Shown: piece by piece, positions 7,084 through 14,554 of the stretch
How the letters are laid out: the number at the start of each line of letters is the position of its first letter
How positions within the stretch are numbered: position 1 is the stretch's first letter
DNA from: Candidatus Methylomirabilia bacterium
GTDB taxonomy: Bacteria; Methylomirabilota; Methylomirabilia; Rokubacteriales; CSP1-6
Direction: 5' to 3'
Assembly: GCA_041496385.1 (NCBI GenBank)
Contig: JBGQEL010000107.1
Coordinates: 1 to 14,909 of the forward strand
DNA length: 14,909 nucleotides
Position numbers and translations under genes: made by a program
The notes under the pieces: generated by a model
Told to the model about the DNA's origin: nothing
Databases searched by the model: none
What the model saw: the letters and a program-made list of their open reading frames with translations, nothing else

Positions 7084-7871
7084 GGGCTCACGAAGTCGCG
7101 CACCATCCGGGCGACCGCCTCCGGCTGCTCGACCTGTGGCGCGTGACCGGCGCCGTCGACCGTCTGCAGGCGCGCGCCCGGAATGCGCCGCGTGAACTCG
7201 TCGGCGTAGACCGGCGGCACCAGGCGATCGTCCTTGCCCCAGATGAGCAGCGTCGGTGCGGTCACGCGGTGGATGCGCTTCTTCAGGCCCTTGTCCGGGA
7301 GGGGCCAGATGAACTTTCCGGTGGTCCCCATGGCCCACATGAGCCGGACGCGGGCGGCGACGGCCGCTTCCGGCGGCTCCGAGGGGCCGAGCATCCGGCG
7401 CGCCGCTTCGCCGCCGGGATCGCGGAAGATGTAGCCGGGCATGTCGTCGGGACTCAGCGTCATCCAGTTCACGACGGGCTCGGTGTCCCGCCAGAATCCG
7501 AGCGGCGCGATGAGCGCCAGGCGGCGCGCGCGGCGCGGATACGCGGCGGCCAGCTCGCACGCCACCATGGCGCCGAACGAGTGCCCGAGCATGACGGCCT
7601 CGTCCAGCCCGAGCGCCGTCAGCAGCTCGTCGTAGCAGAGGACGAGATCCCAGAGGCCGTCGAGATGATAGATGTCGTCCGGCGCGTCGGGCGTCGTCCC
7701 CGGGTGCGCCGGCGCGTACACGGTGAAGCGCTGCGCGAGCGTGGTGAGAAACGGATCCCACGTCAGGCCCCACGGGCCGTGGAAATAGACCAGCGCGGGC
7801 CCCGTGCCCTCGGAGAGGACGCGCATCCGCACCCGGTTCTGCCAGACCGTGACCGTCTGCTCGCGTGTCAT
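7080..7871 (-). CDS. Alpha/beta fold hydrolase
   Basis: GPALVYFHG (oxyanion), GHSFG nucleophile elbow, TLLIWGKDDRLVP (acid) and AGHAPQVEQP (His). ATG 7871 in ATGA overlap with the LLM stop. Confidence 0.93.
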   Translation of the reverse strand: MTREQTVTVWQNRVRMRVLSEGTGPALVYFHGPWGLTWDPFLTTLAQRFTVYAPAHPGTTPDAPDDIYHLDGLWDLVLCYDELLTALGLDEAVMLGHSFGAMVACELAAAYPRRARRLALIAPLGFWRDTEPVVNWMTLSPDDMPGYIFRDPGGEAARRMLGPSEPPEAAVAARVRLMWAMGTTGKFIWPLPDKGLKKRIHRVTAPTLLIWGKDDRLVPPVYADEFTRRIPGARLQTVDGAGHAPQVEQPEAVARMVRDFVSP

Positions 7872-9124
7872 GCGCGGCTCGTCCCGGCGCCGGCGGGCAC
7901 GGGCCGGGCCGCCGCGTCGCGGAGCCCCGCCGGCCACCAGTGGTTCACCCAGCCCTCGTCGTTCCAGGCCTCCCGCAGCTCGGGCAGCACCTTGCGGGCG
8001 AAGAGATCGATGTTCTCGAGCGTCAGCTCGTGCGGCATCGAGCCGATCTGCAGGAGCACCATGAGGTTGCCGACGCGCAGGCCGTTGACGACCTCTTCCT
8101 TGAGCCGGTCGCGCACGGTCGCCGGGCTGCCGGCGATGACGTAGCCCTTCTCGACGAAATCGCGGTACCGGAGCTGCTTCGGATCCTCGAGACGCCGCAT
8201 CGGCTTCGACACCGCCGCCACGAGGCTCCGGTAGTCCTGGTTGCCGGGCGGCGACAGGAACTGCAGCGGCCAGTGCAGGCACTTGTGATAGAAGTACTCG
8301 ACGTGGCGGGCGTACTTCTCCTCGGCCTGCGCGTCCGTCTCGGCGACGGCGACGAGCTGCAGGAACCCGGCGCGGTACGGGTTCGCGTCGCGACCCTTGT
8401 CGGTCACGACCTTCCAGTAGCCATCCATCATCGACTTGGCCGCCTTCGCGCCCGAGTAGCTGAGAAAGCAGTAGCAGACCTCGTTGTCCACGGCGAAGTC
8501 GAACGTGCTGATGCTGCCCGAGCCGGGCACCCACACGGGCGGGTGCGGCTGCTGGATCGGGCGCGGCCACAGGTTCACGTTGGCCAGCTGGTAGTAGCGC
8601 CCGTTCCACGCGAAGATCTCGCGCGCCTGCCACGCCTTGAGCGTCAGCGCGAAGGCCTCGCGATAGCGCTCGCGGTGCTCCATGGGCGTGATGCCGTAAC
8701 AGAAGTTGACGTCCATCGGGCTGCCGAGCGGTAGCCCGGCCACCAGCCGTCCGCCGCTGATGCAGTCGAGCATCGCGTACTCTTCCGCCACGCGGATGGG
8801 CGGGTTCGACGTCGGCAGCGTGGCGCCCATCTGCACGATGGCGACGTTGCTGCCGTTCGTCGCCTTGGCGAGCACGGCGCCCATGATGTTGGGGCTCGGC
8901 ATGAAGCCGTACGCGTTCTGGTGATGCTCGTTGGTGCAGACCCCGTCGAAGCCGGCCCGTGCGGCGTACAACAACTCGTCGAGCGTCCAGTTGTAGTACT
9001 GCCCCACGCGCCGCGCGTCGGCCAGCTCCCACCAGGGCGGCGTGACCCACACGGAGTCGTAGCGCTTCTCGAAGTCCGCCGGCAGCTCCCGGTGCGGCAT
9101 CAGGTGGAACATGCTGACCTTCAT
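7868..9124 (-). CDS. LLM-class (luciferase-like) flavin-dependent oxidoreductase
   Basis: GFDGVCTNEHH, PIRVAEEYAMLDCISGGRL, WPRPIQQPHPPVW, IAGSPATV and LFARKVLPEL. Confidence 0.94.
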   Translation of the reverse strand: MKVSMFHLMPHRELPADFEKRYDSVWVTPPWWELADARRVGQYYNWTLDELLYAARAGFDGVCTNEHHQNAYGFMPSPNIMGAVLAKATNGSNVAIVQMGATLPTSNPPIRVAEEYAMLDCISGGRLVAGLPLGSPMDVNFCYGITPMEHRERYREAFALTLKAWQAREIFAWNGRYYQLANVNLWPRPIQQPHPPVWVPGSGSISTFDFAVDNEVCYCFLSYSGAKAAKSMMDGYWKVVTDKGRDANPYRAGFLQLVAVAETDAQAEEKYARHVEYFYHKCLHWPLQFLSPPGNQDYRSLVAAVSKPMRRLEDPKQLRYRDFVEKGYVIAGSPATVRDRLKEEVVNGLRVGNLMVLLQIGSMPHELTLENIDLFARKVLPELREAWNDEGWVNHWWPAGLRDAAARPVPAGAGTSRA

Positions 9125-9156
9125 CGACGCCTCGCTTTCAGGCCGCCGTCACGCAT
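9121..9156 (-). other. 11-aa upstream micro-ORF (MRDGGLKARRR*) coupled to the LLM start
   Basis: SD GGAGG (9167-9163), then ATG 9156 CGT GAC GGC GGC CTG AAA GCG AGG CGT CGA TGA. The TGA overlaps the LLM ATG (ATGA). Confidence 0.4.
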
Positions 9157-9189
9157 CGATCCCCTCCATGCTGTCCTGCGTAGGCCCAG

Positions 9190-9195
9190 ATTCTA
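9190..9195 (-). promoter_or_regulatory. Candidate -10 element of the LLM-hydrolase-AKR operon
   Basis: TAGAAT (within GGTATAGAAT), the most AT-rich patch upstream of the operon in a very GC-rich context. Confidence 0.5.
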
Positions 9196-9242
9196 TACCG
9201 CCGGCCGGCCGGCGGAGAGAGCGACTCGCCGCGGGCGTTGCG

Positions 9243-9398
9243 CGGCTCTTCGCGCAGCTCGACGATCACCACCACGGCGCCGACCATCTGGCCGTGTGGC
9301 TGCCGGCGCCGCTCGGGGAGCAGGAGGCGATGGTCCTCGCCGATCCCGAGCGCTTCTTCCGGCCGCCCTACGTGGGGCCGCGGGGCTGGGTCGGGCTC
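9243..9398 (+). pseudogene. Internal fragment of an MmcQ/YjbR-family protein
   Basis: RLFAQLDDHHHGADHLAVWLPAPLGEQEAMVLADPERFFRPPYVGPRGWVGL contains the DP.RFF.PPYVG..GW[VI]G and HHG motifs of this family. The N-terminal (LPE..E..SHG) and C-terminal segments are missing and there is no convincing start. Confidence 0.8.
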
Positions 9399-10200
9399 AG
9401 TTCGCCGGTCCGCCGAAGCGATAGCCGAGGATCACCTTGACGATGTACGAGTCGGTGCTGGGCGTGAGACCGAAGCCGACCCCGGCGTTGAACTCCCAGC
9501 GCGGTCCGAGGTCCAGATCGACGACGGGAAAGACGAGGTGCTGCTGCCGGCGGGCCGGATCGAAGCCCGTCACCGGACCGAGCTGGCCGTAGTACTCGAG
9601 TCCGGCGCTGACCGTTCGGGTGATGTCGTAGGCGATCTTCGCGTTCGGGGCGAACTCGAACCCGCGGCCCTGGGTGGCGCCTTCGCCCTTGAGGCTGCGG
9701 TCGAGGACCGGGTTGAACGACAGGTACCACCGCCCCAGCTGCTTGTCGATGATCGGCCGCAACTCGAGTGTCCAGGTGTCGGTCGAGAACGTGGGGCGTT
9801 GATAGCCGACCTCGACGGAGAGACTCAGGCCGACCGGTAGCCCCCAGCTCGCCGGTGCGCTGACGCGCGGGCGAATGTGGTCGCCGACCCACATCCAGCC
9901 GCCGTCGGGCTGGATGCTCGTGAAGAGGTAGACTCCAGTCTCGAACCAGGGCGTCCAGCCGTGCGTGATCTCGAGGGTCTCGTGCACGGCGTGGTTCGTG
10001 GGCAGGACGCCGCCCTCCTTCCGGGTCGTGCCCTCGAGGGCGGTGTTGCTGTGCAGCTCGATCATCGTGGACCCCGGCGGCACCGTCTGCGCCCCGTAGA
10101 CCTGGATCTCGAAGTTGCCCTGGGCACTGGCGACCGACGGGATGAGGATGATCGCGAGCAGCAGACGGCGCGCCGCCAACCGGTAGACAGGTCGTGTCAC
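9397..10200 (-). CDS. Exported protein, putative outer-membrane beta-barrel of unknown function
   Basis: Signal peptide (RRLLLAIILIPSVASA/Q), alternating aromatic/hydrophobic strands (WFETGVYLF, LSLSVEVGY, VSAGLEYYG, WEFNAGVGFG) and near-terminal VKVILGYRF. Start is probably GTG 10200; the ORF-track extension to 11541 is out-of-frame MFS sequence. Confidence 0.8.
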   Translation of the reverse strand: MTRPVYRLAARRLLLAIILIPSVASAQGNFEIQVYGAQTVPPGSTMIELHSNTALEGTTRKEGGVLPTNHAVHETLEITHGWTPWFETGVYLFTSIQPDGGWMWVGDHIRPRVSAPASWGLPVGLSLSVEVGYQRPTFSTDTWTLELRPIIDKQLGRWYLSFNPVLDRSLKGEGATQGRGFEFAPNAKIAYDITRTVSAGLEYYGQLGPVTGFDPARRQQHLVFPVVDLDLGPRWEFNAGVGFGLTPSTDSYIVKVILGYRFGGPAN

Positions 10201-10207
10201 GGCCCTC

Positions 10208-10236
10208 AGACTCGCCCGGCCGGGCGGGAGTGTCAA
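10208..10236 (-). promoter_or_regulatory. Sigma70-type promoter candidate for the beta-barrel gene
   Basis: Perfect TTGACA (10236-10231), 17-nt spacer, GAGTCT (10213-10208), then 7 nt to GTG 10200. The spacer holds a perfect 14-bp palindrome cgcccggccgggcg (10213-10226). Confidence 0.55.
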
Positions 10237-10253
10237 TCTACCGCGACACGATT

Positions 10254-11483
10254 CTACCGGTCCGCCGCGCTGTCCGAACCGGGCCCGAGCAGGATCATGA
10301 CGGCGGCGACGGCCTGGAGCAGGGTGCAGGCCGCGAGCGCCGGTCCGTAGCCGCCCGCCCAGTCGCGCAAGACACCGACGAGCGACGGTCCGAAGGCGAA
10401 CGTGAACTGATTGATCCCGACCACGAGGCCCACGAGCGCACCGAAGCGCTCGCGCGGCCACTCGACGGCCAGGATGAGGCCGGGCAGCGTGGTCAGATTC
10501 CCGACGCCCAGACCGAAGAGCACGCAGCCGGCGTAGACGACCGACGCCGACGGCGCCCGTGCGAGCAGCGCCAGGCCGGCGATCTGGACGACGAGCGTCG
10601 CGCTCGCCACCAGGCGCCGGTTCAGGCGATCGACCACGAGACCCGTCACCAGCCGCCCGAGCAGCGCCGCCGCCGTCGTGACGCTCACGGCCCGCGCGGC
10701 CCCGCCCGCGCCGAGCGCCGGCGCCACGAGCGCGACCAAATGCGTCAGCACACCGACCTGCGCCGCCAGACCGAGCGCGAATGGCGCGGACACGCTCCAG
10801 AAGCGCCACGTCCGCAACGCGTCGCCCCGCCGGCGCCGCACGCCGCCCGCCGGTGGCCGGCCGGGTGTCGCACGCGGCGGATCGCCGTCGGGACCGAGCC
10901 CGAGGACTTCTGGACCACGCCGCATGACGCCCACCGCGACGGCGAGTAGCACGCCGAGGAGGACGAGGGCGGCGGCGCCCAGCGCGCGTGTGAAGCCGAG
11001 CAGGCCGATGAGCGGGATGAGCGCGGGCGCGACGATCACGCCGCCCAGCGTCGCTCCGTTGAACGCGATGCTGACGACGAGGCCGCGGCGCCGCTCCCAC
11101 CAGGGCGCCAGGATGATGTTGATCGCCGCGCCGCTCATCGCCCCCCAGCCGAGCGACATCACGAGAAAGGCCGGGTAGAGGTGCCACGGCTGCGTGACGA
11201 TGCCGAGGGCCGCGACGCCCACGGCCATCGCGACGCTCCCGCACGCCACGACCACGCGCGGCCCGAAGCGCTCGAACAGGTCGCCGATCCACGTCGTCAG
11301 GAGCGCGCCGGCGACGTAGTACACGGTGACCGGCGCCGACACCGCGGAGGCCGACCACCCGTGCAGTCGCTGGAGCGTCGCCACGTACACCGTGAGCCCG
11401 TAGAAGCCGAGCCCGAAGCTGCAGAGCGCCATGACGAAGGTGGCGCCCACCACGTTCCAGCCGTAGAAGTATCGAGCGCGCAT
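10254..11483 (-). CDS. MFS transporter
   Basis: 409 aa with about 12 hydrophobic segments, FYGWNVV start, motif A-like GDLFERFGPR and GLVVDRLNRR, and WWERRRGLVVSI. Confidence 0.93.
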   Translation of the reverse strand: MRARYFYGWNVVGATFVMALCSFGLGFYGLTVYVATLQRLHGWSASAVSAPVTVYYVAGALLTTWIGDLFERFGPRVVVACGSVAMAVGVAALGIVTQPWHLYPAFLVMSLGWGAMSGAAINIILAPWWERRRGLVVSIAFNGATLGGVIVAPALIPLIGLLGFTRALGAAALVLLGVLLAVAVGVMRRGPEVLGLGPDGDPPRATPGRPPAGGVRRRRGDALRTWRFWSVSAPFALGLAAQVGVLTHLVALVAPALGAGGAARAVSVTTAAALLGRLVTGLVVDRLNRRLVASATLVVQIAGLALLARAPSASVVYAGCVLFGLGVGNLTTLPGLILAVEWPRERFGALVGLVVGINQFTFAFGPSLVGVLRDWAGGYGPALAACTLLQAVAAVMILLGPGSDSAADR

Positions 11484-11572
11484 GTCCGGTCACGACGCTA
11501 GCGGCTGCGCCGCCCGCCGTCTCGCCGTTTTCGGACGTCATCGTCCGGGGATCCAGTGGCCGCCGGCCCGCG

Positions 11573-11596
11573 TGATAGGCTCACGATATCGTGAGC
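11573..11596 (+). promoter_or_regulatory. Extended -10 and perfect 18-bp palindrome over the start of the Ada-type regulator
   Basis: TGaTAGGCT at 11573-11581. Palindrome gctcacgat|atcgtgagc at 11579-11596 includes the GTG at 11591. Confidence 0.5.
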
Positions 11597-12184
11597 GCCG
11601 GATTTGCCCTCGAGTGGAGCACGTGCGATCGCGCGCGGATCGCGCGCGACCCGCGGTTCGACGGGTGGTTCTACACGGGCGTCGTGACCACCCGGATCTA
11701 CTGCCGTCCCACGTGCCCGGTCAAGCCCGCCAAGTCGCGCAACGTCGTCTTCTTCCCCACCGCGGCCGCCGCCGAGCAGGCGGGGTTCCGCCCCTGCCTG
11801 CGGTGCCGACCCGAGACCGCGCCGGGGACGCCGGCGTGGCGCGGTGCCGCGGCAACCGTCTCGCGCGCGATGCGGCTCATCGACCGCGGCTTCCTCGACG
11901 ACGGCAAGACGGTCGAGGATCTCGCGGACGCGCTCGGCATGACGGCCCGGCATCTGCGCCGACTGTTCGTCCGGCACGCGGGCGCCTCGCCGCGGGCCGC
12001 CGCGACGACCCGGCGCGTGCAGCGCGCGAAAGCCCTGGTCGACGAGACCGCGCTGCCGATGTCCGCGATCGCGTTCGCCGCGGGGTTCGCGAGCATCCGG
12101 CGATTCAACGCCGCGTTCCGCGCGGTGTACCGGCGGCCGCCGACCGCGATCCGGCGGGCGCGGCGGGCGCGGTCGCAATCCTGA
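11591..12184 (+). CDS. AdaA-type regulator / methylphosphotriester-DNA methyltransferase (Ada Zn-binding domain plus AraC HTH)
   Basis: RDPRFDGWFYTGVVTTRIYCRPTC and GFRPCLRCRP (four Zn-ligand Cys). AraC double HTH (LADALGMTARHLRRLF; IAFAAGFASIRRFNAAF). No fused AlkA or O6-methylguanine methyltransferase domain. Confidence 0.93.
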   Translation: MSAGFALEWSTCDRARIARDPRFDGWFYTGVVTTRIYCRPTCPVKPAKSRNVVFFPTAAAAEQAGFRPCLRCRPETAPGTPAWRGAAATVSRAMRLIDRGFLDDGKTVEDLADALGMTARHLRRLFVRHAGASPRAAATTRRVQRAKALVDETALPMSAIAFAAGFASIRRFNAAFRAVYRRPPTAIRRARRARSQS

Positions 12185-12291
12185 GCCGGCTCGCCGAACG
12201 GCGCGAGCGTGTCGCGTCGGAGGTGGGTCATTCGCTATTCCGCCCGCGGTGCCCGTATTGTGGAACATCGTGACGCACAAGGAGGCTGGCA

Positions 12292-13110
12292 ATGGACCTG
12301 GGGCTTCGAGGCAAGCACGCGATCGTGACCGGCGGCAGCCTGGGCATCGGGAAAGCTATCGCGCGGGAGCTGGCCCGCGAAGGCGCGGACGTCGCCGTCG
12401 TCGCGCGCACGAAGGATCAGCTCGAGGCGACGGCGCGGGAGCTGGCCGCCGAGACTGGGCGGCGCATCGTCCCCCTGGTGGCCGACGTCACCAGCAAGGC
12501 GCAGGTGGACGCGATGGTGGCGCAGGCGGCCGCGCAGCTCGGCGGGCTGCATATCCTGGTCAATAGCGGCTCCCCGCCCGGCGGCTCGGCCGGCGCCACG
12601 GGCCCGATCGAGAACGTCGTCGACGAGGACCTGCTGCACGACTTCAACGTGAAGTACGTGGGCGCGCTGCGCTGCGCCCGCGCGGCCATCCCGTACATGA
12701 AGGAGCAGAAGTGGGGTCGCATCATCAACATCAGCGGGACCAACGCGCGCAACGCGGGAAACCTCAGCGGCGGCGCGCGTAACACGTCGCTCGTGCACCT
12801 CAGCAAGACGCTGGCCGTCCAGGTGGGCCGCTTCGGGATCACGGTCAACTGCGTCCACCCGGGCACGACGCGCACGGAGCGCACCCCGCGCCTGCTGGCC
12901 GCGCGGGCCAAGGAGCTGGGCGTCACGCCAGAGGACGCCGAGGCGCGCGACTTCGCCCCCGATTCCCCACGCGGCAACGCCATCTGCCGCATGGTGGACG
13001 CCGCCGAGATCGCCTACCTCACGGTCTTCCTCGCGTCGGACAAGGCCTGGGCGGTCAGCGGCGAGCTGGTCGTGGCGACGGGCGGCGCCGGACGGGCCGT
13101 GTACTACTAG
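12292..13110 (+). CDS. SDR-family oxidoreductase (atypical active site)
   Basis: SD AAGGAGG. Motifs AIVTGGSLGIG, HILVNSG, WGRIINISG and ITVNCVHPG. No YxxxK at the expected position (NLSGGARN). Confidence 0.93.
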   Translation: MDLGLRGKHAIVTGGSLGIGKAIARELAREGADVAVVARTKDQLEATARELAAETGRRIVPLVADVTSKAQVDAMVAQAAAQLGGLHILVNSGSPPGGSAGATGPIENVVDEDLLHDFNVKYVGALRCARAAIPYMKEQKWGRIINISGTNARNAGNLSGGARNTSLVHLSKTLAVQVGRFGITVNCVHPGTTRTERTPRLLAARAKELGVTPEDAEARDFAPDSPRGNAICRMVDAAEIAYLTVFLASDKAWAVSGELVVATGGAGRAVYY

Positions 13111-13117
13111 CGCGCGC

Positions 13118-13146
13118 TTGCCTCTCGCGCGGGCGCGGGCTACCTT
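13118..13146 (+). promoter_or_regulatory. Sigma70-type promoter candidate for the CMD-LLM-hydrolase operon
   Basis: TTGCCT (13118-13123), exactly 17 nt, TACCTT (13141-13146), followed by SD GAGGAGG before ATG 13176. Confidence 0.55.
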
Positions 13147-13175
13147 CGGCGTCTACTACCATAGAGGAGGTTCGT

Positions 13176-13481
13176 ATGGCCCAGGCGACGTTGCCGCCGT
13201 GGATCGAAGCGCTGCAGGCGCGTGATCCCGAGTTCGTCAGCTCCTACATGACCCAGCGCGAGCGCATCCTGCGCGAGGGCGCCATTCCCGCGAAGTACAA
13301 GCTCCTCATGACCATGCTGGTGGACGCGCTCCAGTCGCACCCGGACGGCGTGGCCACCATCGCCAACCGCGCCCGCGCCGCCGGCGCGTCGGAGGCCGAG
13401 ATCCAGGAAACCGTCGAGGTGACGTATCTCTTCGGCGGGACCCCGGCGCTGGTGACCGCCATGAACGCGTTTCGCGCATGA
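13176..13481 (+). CDS. Carboxymuconolactone decarboxylase (CMD/AhpD-like) family protein
   Basis: 101 aa with GAIPAKYKLLM and ARAAGASEAEIQETVEV..LFGG.P patterns. Strong SD. No cysteines. Confidence 0.88.
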   Translation: MAQATLPPWIEALQARDPEFVSSYMTQRERILREGAIPAKYKLLMTMLVDALQSHPDGVATIANRARAAGASEAEIQETVEVTYLFGGTPALVTAMNAFRA

Positions 13482-14554
13482 AGGTGTCGTTCTTCGAGAC
13501 CGCGCGGTACCTTCCGCCGCAGGCGCTGCCGCCCGAGTGGCCGGTGCCGTCCGGGTCCTACGACCGCGACGCCGGCGCCCGGGCCTATCAGGGCATGATC
13601 GAGCGGCTCGAGTACGTCGAGGAACTCGGCTTCGACTGGGTGAGCGTCTCCGAGCATCACTACTCTCCCCGGATCCTGACGCCGTCCCCGATCGTCGCCG
13701 CCGCGTTCATTGCGGCCCGCGTGCGGAAGGTCAGGATCGCGCTGCTCGGCCCGATCGTTCCGCACAGCAATCCGGTGCGCGTGGCCGAGGAGCTGGCGAT
13801 GCTCGACACCCTGGCGCAGGGCCGCCTGACCGTCGGGCTGCTCCGGGGGACGTCGAACGAGTCTCTGACCTACGACCTGAACCCGACGGAAGCGCGGGAG
13901 CGAACCGACGAGGGCATGGAGCTCATCCTCAAAGCGTGGACGGAGTCGCAGCCGTTCGGCTGGCAGGGCCGCCACTTCCAGTACCGCACCGTCTCGATCT
14001 GGCCGCGCCCGCTGCAGCAGCCCCATCCGCCCACGTATGCGCTGGGGACGAGTCGCGAGTCCTGCGAGTTCGCCGCGCGCCATCGCCTCGGCTGCGGCGT
14101 CTCCTACGGGCCATTCGAGATCATGGGCCGGGCGACGCGCTACTATCGCGAGCAGTGCGCGCGGCACGGCTGGCAGCCGTCGCCGGAGCAGATCATCTAT
14201 CGCGCGAACATGCTCCTGGCGGAGACGGACGACGAAGCCCACGAGCTGCTGCGCCGGCAGCCCGAAGGGGCGCCGTTCACCATGCGCGCGGGCGTCCGCG
14301 ACGCCATGCTGACGCTCGACTCCCGCAACATCGCCGGCGAAGCCCGGTCGCCGATCGTGACGGGTGCGCTGCCCACCACGTTCATCGGCAGCCCGGACAC
14401 GGTCGTCGACCAGGTGACGCGCTGCCGTGAGGTGATCGGCGCGGGCGTGCTCGATCTCTCCCTGCACCCGCCCGGCGCCGCCGATCTGGAGCCGCTCATG
14501 CGGGCGCTCGAGCTGTTCGGCAAGAAAGTCCTGCCGCGCATCCGCGACCTGTGA
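13478..14554 (+). CDS. LLM-class (luciferase-like) flavin-dependent oxidoreductase
   Basis: GFDWVSVSEHH, NPVRVAEELAMLDTLAQGRL, WPRPLQQPHPP, FIGSPDTV and LFGKKVLPRIR. ATGA overlap with the CMD gene. Confidence 0.94.
   Translation: MKVSFFETARYLPPQALPPEWPVPSGSYDRDAGARAYQGMIERLEYVEELGFDWVSVSEHHYSPRILTPSPIVAAAFIAARVRKVRIALLGPIVPHSNPVRVAEELAMLDTLAQGRLTVGLLRGTSNESLTYDLNPTEARERTDEGMELILKAWTESQPFGWQGRHFQYRTVSIWPRPLQQPHPPTYALGTSRESCEFAARHRLGCGVSYGPFEIMGRATRYYREQCARHGWQPSPEQIIYRANMLLAETDDEAHELLRRQPEGAPFTMRAGVRDAMLTLDSRNIAGEARSPIVTGALPTTFIGSPDTVVDQVTRCREVIGAGVLDLSLHPPGAADLEPLMRALELFGKKVLPRIRDL

Noticed and set aside
6256..9050. Apparent long proteins of 505 aa (6256-7773) and 656 aa (7080-9050)
   Set aside because: The N-terminal extensions are out-of-frame readings of upstream genes. 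The real starts are at the overlaps 7083 and 7871, so these are not fusions.
9111..9440. 109-aa ORF as an intact gene
   Set aside because: Only the middle ~52 codons look like MmcQ/YjbR. The flanks are antisense to the LLM start/promoter and to the barrel end.
9397..11541. 714-aa ORF suggesting an MFS-barrel fusion
   Set aside because: The first ~447 codons are an alternate frame of the MFS gene. A signal peptide and promoter at ~10200 mark a separate gene.
12189..12208. Hairpin gctcgccg-aa-cggcgcgagc after the Ada gene as a terminator
   Set aside because: It is imperfect, has no U-tract, and is easily produced by chance at this GC content.
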